IMG/VR virus record: IMGVR_UViG_3300001336_000007
Span: 1 to 57,506 of that record
Direction: 5' to 3' (one strand)
From: a virus
Taxonomy: Duplodnaviria > Caudoviricetes
Length of the DNA: 57,506 nt
Below are positions 36,701 to 45,700 of the stretch, piece by piece. The stretch's first letter is position 1; every line of letters starts with the position of its first letter. The translations under genes and the position numbers were made by a program. The notes below the pieces were generated by a model. It saw only the letters and a program-made list of their open reading frames with translations, had not been told where the DNA came from and searched no databases.

Positions 36701-39700
36701 AACCAGACCCAGTAACAGCCAATGAAGAAGGTGTGGCAGAGGGTAACGGGAGCGACTCCGACCGCGTAAACAATCCTTCTTCATTGGTCGAACATACAGT
36801 CAAAAAGTCCGGCAAGATCATCAAGGGTATTGTCCGTACCGATCTGACCAAGGAAGAAGCAAAAAAGATCGACCCTTACACCTTCAAAAAAGACGGCGGC
36901 TTCTTTATCCGGGAAAAGTATCTTACCGACGCTGAAAAGAATCCTGTTGTGTCTCAAGAAACGACAACAAGCCCTGTTGTGGCTCAAGAAACCGATAATG
37001 TGAGCGATAAAGGGGGTGATCAAATATCTCCTGTAGAGCCGACAGGTGAAACGGTTCAGGGAAAAAGTAATGCGCAGGTTGGAGATACAGTAAGGGGCGA
37101 GGCTGGAATTGACATGGAAGTCATATCCTCATACGCCAACCAAGACGACGCGATGAAGTCTGAAGTTTTGCTCAACAAAGACACTGGTAAGTTTCACTCA
37201 GTGTTGACCGACGTTGATTCCGGCAGCGTGGTGGGTGTCAAGATATTCAATGATAAGAAGCTCGCAGACGAAGATGCCCGTGCCAAGGCAAATCTAACGC
37301 CTACCGAAGAGCCAGCAGCCGAGAAGCCAAAAATCAAAAACAATTATTGGCAGAATGACAGCGATACCGGATGGGATGGAAAGCCTTTACCTGCAGAAGA
37401 CGAGGCTGTTGTCGGCTCACAGTCAAGCAAAACCACTGAGCAAAAACAACCAGTTAACGCAAAGGAAGAGGCTGTTGTCGGTTCTGAGTCAAGTAAAGAC
37501 CAATTCGCCAACAACAAGTTATTTACCGCCGACGCAGTAGAAGCAGCCAGGGCCAGGCTCAAGGCGAAAAGAAATTCTCTTAATGCCGGGCTCGATCCAG
37601 AACTCATTCAGGACATGCTTACCCTGGGCGGCGCATACTTCGAAGCCGGGATCAGGGATTTTGCCACATGGTCAAAGACTGTCCTGTCGGATATCGGCGA
37701 CGAATTTAAACCGTTTCTTCGCGGCACTTACGAGAATTTACGATATTACCCGGGGCTGGACACCGAAGGGATTACGTCACATGCGGATGTTGACGCCATT
37801 CTTTCAGATGAGAAAAAGTTGCTTTCTCCTGAAAAAGAACCTACTATCAAAGAAACGCAGTCAACTACAACCGATGGGGTGAACAATGGCACTTTGGCAG
37901 CAAGGAATGAGAAAGGAACGGCTGAAGATGATCGAGACGGCACTAAGGGAGACGTCACCGAAAGTGTATCACCTGATAAAAGAGGTGGAGAAGGAACTAC
38001 CGGAATTTCTGGAACTGAGGGAAGCGGCCTTAATGGAGGAATTCGAGACGGCAAGCTACCAGATGGAACAGCAGGTCAAGAAAATGGACCTGTCGCCAAT
38101 GAAGCAGGCCCAGGAAATAGAGATGCGGACAAGGATGATCTGGGAAGTAGCCCTGGCGGACAACCTAATATTCCCGGAAAGCCTCTACATGCCGGACGAG
38201 ACTACCGAATACCAGCAGGAGGAATAAAGCGGGAAGGATCCTGGAAGGCCACGGCCAAGCGCAACCTTGATATCATCGAGCTTGCCAAGAAACTTGATAA
38301 AGAAAATCGGCCGGCAACGCCAGAAGAACAAGAACTTCTCTCTCTTTATACCGGGTTCGGCGCAAGTGAGATAGCCAACAATCTTTTTCCAGGGTACGCG
38401 CAGAATGGAAAAGTTATGCCGAATTGGGCGAGAGACGAGGGCTGGAAGGAACTCGCTACCCGGCTAACGGACATTCTCACCAAAGACGAAATAAAGACCG
38501 CAGCACGGTCCACGCAGTACGCCCACTACACCAGTGAGGCTGTCATTAATTCCATATACAGCGCCCTGCAGAAGTTTGGTTTCAAGGGCGGTAAGGTTCT
38601 TGAACCAGGCGCGGGAGTGTCCTCCTTTTGGGGGCTGATACCAAAGTCCATGCACAACAATTCCAACTATACCGGAATTGAAATGGATCATGTCACGGCG
38701 CTTATAGCAAAACATCTCTATCCACAGCAGAACATACTGCGAGCTGATTTTACTCAACAGAAGCTGCCCGGTAACTTCTTTGACCTGGCTATAGGCAATC
38801 CTCCTTTCAGCGATACCAAGATAACTTCAGATCCGGACTACAAAAGAAACAAGTTCATGCTCCATGACTATTTCTTTGCCAAGTCGGTGGATAAGGTCCG
38901 TCCAGGTGGATTGCTGGTCTTTGTTACATCAAAAGGTACCATGGACAAGGGTAATGACTCAGCTCGTCAATATCTTGCAGATCGTGCTGATTTACTTGGA
39001 GCTATACGGCTACCACAGACCGCTTTCAAGCAAAATGCAGGGACGGAGGTAGTAACAGACGTCCTGTTCTTTAAAAAGCGTGAGGAAGGGCAGTTAGCAG
39101 GCGGGGAGGCATGGCTCGACCTGGGGGAAGTTACCACACCTGAAGGGCCGACGCTCATCAATGAATACTTTGTCGCTCACCCGGAAATGATTCTCGGTAC
39201 CAACTCCCTGCAGGGGACGCGGTACCGGGCGAACGAATACACGGTCCTCCCTCTTGAAGGGAACATTGAAGATCATTTCGCCAAGGCAATAGAGAATCTG
39301 CCTTCTTCGGTTTACAGCAAGGCCAAGGAAAAAGCGAAGCCGAAGAAGACCAAGAAAACCGGCAAGAAGGCGGAAAAGAGAGAGGATGTTGTCGAGTACG
39401 AGTTTGACCTGAAAAACAAGAAGGAAGGCGGGCTCTACCTCAACGACAAGGGAAAGCTCATGCGGGTGAAGAGCGGCGCGGGAATGACAGTTACCTCCCT
39501 CGACGGATTGACGGAAAAACAGATAACATGGCTGAAAGACTACGTGCCGCTACGCGATGCGGTCAAGAAAGCACAGCATGACCAACTCACAAATGGGGAT
39601 TGGGAAAAATCCCTGAAAGCACTGAACAAGGCTTACGACAAGTTTGTTGCCAAAAACGGACCTATCCACGACAATACCATCACGGAAAAGATCGTCATTG

Positions 39701-42700
39701 ATGAGGACGGGGAAAAGCAAGTCAACATCACCAAGAGATACAAGAACAAGAAGGTCATGTTCTTCGATGCCGATTCACCGGCTGTACGGGCTCTTGAAAA
39801 GGAGGATGACAACGGCAATGTAACCAAGGGGCCATTCCTTACCGGGCGCAGCATCCAGAAACCGGAAAGAAAGAAGCCGGAAACAATTGCCGACGCATTG
39901 GCGCTCAGTCTTGATTTTCACGGTGTTCTCGACCTTGCCGACATTGCCGATTCGATAGGAATAACCGAACAGGAAGCCATAGACGGGCTCGGGGATTTGA
40001 TTTACAAGAATCCGGAGGGCGCAGCCTGGGAAACCAGGGACGGCTACCTTGCGGGCGATGTCAAAGGAAAACTTGCCATAGCAAAAGCGGCGGCGGCGGC
40101 GGATAGCCAGTACGAAAGAAACGTCAAGGCATTGACCGAAGTGCAACCGGCACCGCTGAAAGCGGCTGATGTTACCGTCAAACTCGGGGTACCGTGGATC
40201 GATACCAATATCATTCAGCAGTTTGCCAGTGAGGTTTTTGGTGTCGGAGTGAGTATTGAATACTCCCCGTCGACCAACTATTACAAGGTAAGCCCCACTG
40301 GCAACAACACGGTACAGGGCGGACGCGGCGAGGCGAGCGAGTGGGCGACGCAGAGACGATCATCCATTGAATTGCTCGACAGCGTGTTGAACAACCGTAC
40401 CATCAAGGTTGTTGATACAATCGACAAGAAGACCGTACCAGACGTTACCGGGACAGTTGCGGCGAACGAAATCGCGGACAAAATGCGTAAGCGGTTCTCT
40501 TCATGGGTATGGGAAGACGCAGGCAGGGCCGGGAATATTCTTGATGAATACAACGAGAAGTATAACAACCTGTCCGGGCGTAAGTTTGATGGTTCTCATT
40601 TGACATTGCCGGGCGTGTCCTTGCGGTTCAACCTGCACCCACATCAAAAAAATGCTATCTGGCGAATCATCCAGACCGGCAATACGTACCTAGGCCATGC
40701 GGTAGGCGCCGGTAAAACCATGATCATGATTGCCGCAGGAATGGAGATGAAGCGGCTTGGCTTGGTGCACAAGCCTATTTATGTTGTCCCTAAGCATATG
40801 CTCGCGCAATTCTCCAATGAATTCCTTGAACTGTACCCCATGGCAAATATCATGGTTGCCGACGAGGAAAACTTCCATACCGACAATCGGCGCAGCTTTA
40901 TTGCCCAGGCGGCATTGAATAGCCCTGATGCGATCATTATTACTCACCCGTCACTTGCAAAGCTCGGGATGCGTCAGGAGAACATCGATGTTGTCGGCGA
41001 TGAAATGATACAGGATCTTCGTGACTCCCTGGCGGAAATGGAAGCAGACGATTCGCAGGGCAACAGGTTCCTGATTAAACGGGTAGAAAGCAGGATAGAA
41101 AAACTCGAACAGATGCTTGCCGGAATGGTAAGCCAGGATCGCGACCAATCCATGACCTTTGAGGAAATCGGCGCCGACTTCATGTTCGTCGACGAGGCGC
41201 ACGAATTCCGTAAGCTGGATTTTGCCACCAACCGGCAGGCGAAAGGTATCGACAGCAAGGGCTCAATGAAGGCAATCGATCTATTTATCAAGACGAAATG
41301 GCTCGGGACACAAAGCCCAGGACGATCACACGCCTTTGCTTCAGGTACTCCGGTAACGAACACCATGGGCGAGCTGTATAACCTGATGCGGTTCTTTATA
41401 GACGACCAGATGGAAGCCGAAGGAATCAGGCATTTTGACGCATGGGCTTCGATGTTCGGGGAAGTTGCACCTGACTTTGAACGTAACGCGGCAGGTAAAC
41501 CGGTCATTGTGGAACGATTCGCTAAATTCGTCAATGTCCCTGAATTGATGAAGCGGGTACGATCATTCATGGACGTGCTTACCTTTACCGACCTTGGTGC
41601 CTTCGTTAAGCGGCCTGATGTTTCGGGCGGTGTTCCGAAGATGGTTATCTCCAAACAATCAAAAGAACTGACGGCATACCTCAAGGGGGAATTGAGCAAC
41701 AGGATAGAAGAATCTTTAGCCTTTAAGCCGTCAAAGCAGCAACCCGGCAACCCTGACCCGATGATCAACATTATCACCGACGGACGGCTTGCCTCTATCG
41801 ATATGCGCTATATCAATCCCCGTTTACCGAATGACCCGGGCAGCAAGCTAAATACCATGATAGACGGGATCATCGAGACATGGAAGAATACCGGCGAACT
41901 CGCCTATGATGAGAAAATAGGCGGCGGCCCAAGTAAGATGAAGGGCGCGGCGCAGATTGTTTTCTTCAATCTTGGTTTCGGCGATGGGGTCAAACAGCGC
42001 GGGTTCGATGCGCGGTCCTGGATGACGAAGAGATTAAAGGAGGCGGGAATACCGGCCAGCGAAATAGGCTGGATGGAAGATGCAAATACGGCAGCCAAAA
42101 AGGACAAACTTTTCACGGCAGTAAGAAGCGGAGAGAAGAAGATAATTATCGGTTCCGCCAAACAGATGGGGACCGGTGTCAATGTGCAGAACAGGTTGCA
42201 TACCCTGCATTATATGGATGCCCCCTGGTTCCCGGCAGATGTCGAGCAGCCACTTGGCAGGATAATTAGACAGGGCAACCAGAACGAGATGATTGATATC
42301 TTCTGGTATGCAACGGAAGGTTCCTACGATTCGACCATGTGGCAGATGGTCGCCCGTAAGTCGAAGTTTATCGAACAGGCCTTCTCGGGTGACGATTCGG
42401 TTCGGTCCATTGAAGATGTTTCCGCCTCCAGTACCTACGAAATGGCGACGGCAATAGCTTCGGGGGATTCAAGGGTTATACAGCTTGCCGGCCTACGAAA
42501 CGAGATAGAGCGGCTCGAAAGACTGAAGACGGCACACGCCGACAATCAGCGAACCATGGCGTCTAATCGCAGGATGGCAGAAAACTCTCTTGCCTGGCAC
42601 GTAAGGCAGGCGAAATACCTTACCGAAGCGGCGGCCAAGGTTGGCGGCTTTATTCGTGAACCAGACGGCATTGTTGATGGAAAGTCATTTGAGAAACGGG

Positions 42701-45700
42701 CCGAACTTGGCCAGGCTATCCAGGAAAAGGTTCAGGCGAGGGTTGAAGAAGTCGGCGAAATCAAAGACAGTGCTGTTGCAAAAGATGTCGGAAAACTTAA
42801 CGGATATCCTCTTGTTGCTCTTATCGGCAGAAGGGGTGCCAATCTGCAGTTGGTCATAACCAAGAATGTTAAACTTGAGGTGAATCACGAAGGTGATGCT
42901 GCAGGACTTGTTACCCGTCTGATGAACACTCTTAATGGTGTTGCGACAAAAAAACGGGACAATGAAGGCAAGATAGAGGATTACAAGGACGAGATAGCCA
43001 AGTATGACAAAAAGCTCGGTGCGCCATACGAGCACGGAGCCGAGCTCAATCAGAAGATAGCCGAGGCGCAGCAGCTGCAAAATGAACTTACCTCAGAAGA
43101 TGACGCACCGCCGATACCGAGCGACGGCATACTGATTTCCATGGACGAAGGATTAAGCCTGGAAGAAGCCGGGCTGAGAAAAGGCCATGCTGTAAGTAAT
43201 AAAGGTGTTTCTCCCAATCGGGTGCATTGGGCAAAGGAAGCAACGGACGACGACCAGGGCCAGGCGGCGCCCAAGCAATCGCAATCCAGCCAGAAGGTAA
43301 AGAATCCCTCTTCACTTGCGGACCTGTCCCGAGATCAACGGGCGGTTATTCAGCCGATGATCGATTCAGGCGATATGGTTATGCTTTCGGCGGCAGAGGC
43401 AGAGGCGATCTTGGTTGAAGCTGGCGTGAGTGCTGAACAGGCTAAATTTATGGTTGCCTGGCATGGCTCCCCGCATGACCATGATGGATTTCGCATGGAT
43501 AAGGTTGGTACCGGCGAAGGGGCGCAAATTTACGGCCATGGTTTATATTTTGCCGGGAGCAAGGAAGTTGCAGAGTGGTATCGTAAAAAACTTGGGAAAA
43601 ACCTTGTCGCATACCTGAACGGCAAGAAGATAGCGGACCAGGCCGGATATCTTGCAACACATATAAGAAACATCATGAGTGCTTTTGATTTCAAGCAGGG
43701 CAAAGAAGATGCAATTGCCGACTTGAAATTTCGTCTTGCCGTGGAAGAGAAGAGTGTCGGTAGCGGTTGGCTGAAAGATGCAACAACACAGGATATAAAA
43801 AAGGCGATAGCAACCATAGAGGAAGCCAACGAAGGCGACATAGACGCACGAAAAGGAACTCTCTACCAAGTAGAACTAGCACCCGAACAAGAAGATTATC
43901 TTGATTGGGATAAACCTTTGAGCGAGCAGAGTGAGGTTGTTAAGGAAGCCATTCAGAACGCTTTTAACGATATTGTCAATAACGAGAGTGATTATCATAA
44001 GGCGAGCAAATTAAGCCGAGAATTGACCGTTGAAAACTTTAAAGAAAAAGACGGCAATGACATTTACAGAACCATCTCAAGAGAGCATGGTTCAGACAAA
44101 GCAGCCTCCGAATACCTCCACTCCCTGGGAATCAGAGGAATCCGCTACCTAGACGGTTCCAGCCGGGGCAAAGGTGAAGGTGATTCGAACTTTGTAATCT
44201 TCGACGAATCGGATGTGTCTATCACCGCTAAATACTCCGCAGACGGCAAGGTACAGGGTTTCGCCATGCCCGACGGCAAAGTCTACCTGATACCGGAAAA
44301 TATCGAGCAGGGTAAATTGTGGGGCGTCATCAAGCATGAGGTTGGTGTTCATGTCGGTCAAGTCCTGCATAACAACAAAGAGTTTCAAAACCTCCTTCGC
44401 AGCCTGGAAAAACGGCAATTCGAGCAGACACCGACCGGCGAGGCGTTACGCGAGGCTTTCAAGCGGGTACCGAAGAACACCAAGAAAGAGCACGTATCGG
44501 AAGAGGTTCTTGCCTACATGGTCGAGAATCATCCTGAAGTTACCCTGGTGCGCCGGGTAATCGCTCTCATCAAGCGGATCCTCTTCAAGATGGGCGTGGA
44601 TGCGAAAATATTCACAGCTGCTGATTTCGCGGCACTGGCTGATATGGCGGTGCGGGTAAATTCGATGAAGGGCGGTGCTGTCAGTACCGGGAAAGCGAAG
44701 CTACCAAAGAGTAATGACGGTACCCGCTTCTCAGTCTCCAAAGAAACACCAACCTCCCCACTCTCGACAGAATCACTCGCCGAGACAGCCGGGCAGATGG
44801 GTACTCTTACCGTTCTGAAAAACAAGAAGGTTGATTCAACGTTCCTTGACCGGATACTTTCGACCCCTGAATATTATTTCAAGAAATTTGCAGCGGCCGG
44901 CAGGGTGCTGCAGGCGGCGTTACTCCGCCGGGATATCCGCTACGAGAAGGAACAGGCGGTGCTCGGGGATTTCGTTACCTACATCAAGGAACTGCGGGAG
45001 AAGTTTAAGGATGCCTATAAGGAGGCAAACGACTACCTGTTAAATACCGATCAGACCGGCGACGGCTTCCGGATCAAAACCCTGGACAGTGGTAAGTATC
45101 AGGTGTCCAAGCCGGAATCGGCACTGACCGAAGAAGAGATCCAGGAGATAGAAGACAGTATCGACAGGACGCAATCCCCGGACAAGCAGGCCCACGACCG
45201 ATGGAAAGCCATCGAAGAAAAGCGCATTGTCGGTGAGTTTGTCGAGGAAGAGGACGGCGTAAAGGCCATGCTTGACGCAGAATCGGCACTACTCAAGGAG
45301 CGGGGCTACTCGGAAGAGGCGATCGTGGCGATCAGAAAGGGACGTGAGCTGACCAACCGGGGCTTTGATATCATGGCGGCGGACATGCGGCGGATCATCC
45401 AGGAAGCCAAGGACAATGGCCTGCCCAACCCGTTTATTGGAGACGGCAAGATTGATGAGTCCGGGCGGTACGGTGTTTATGCAGCCGGAAAGTCAAAACC
45501 GATTGCTCTCTTTGCCACACAGAAAGAGGCAAACGAGATGCTCGACAATGCCGCGCAGATGATTTCTTATGTTGTCACCAGCAGGAAAAAGGGGCGGCGG
45601 ACCTTCACCAACGAGCTGAAGGCGAAGCGATGGGCAAAAGCGCATTCGGGCACGGTGAAGGGCAACAAGGCTTTCCAGAACCTTACCGTCAAGAAACGAT

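Noticed and set aside
36943-37490. Short tandem duplications (PVVSQET/PVVAQET; EAVVGS x2)
   Set aside because: Ordinary local duplications in disordered linkers
37355-37882. Other +1-frame ORFs in the giant gene (37355-37540, 37583-37882, 35870-36067)
   Set aside because: No convincing SD and not protein-like; 37583-37882 overlaps a structured host-frame domain
40974-41777. Long antisense ORFs (e.g. 40974-41777, 9933-10604, 56200-56943, 14305-14928)
   Set aside because: Shadow frames of well-supported genes; no RBS or protein-like composition
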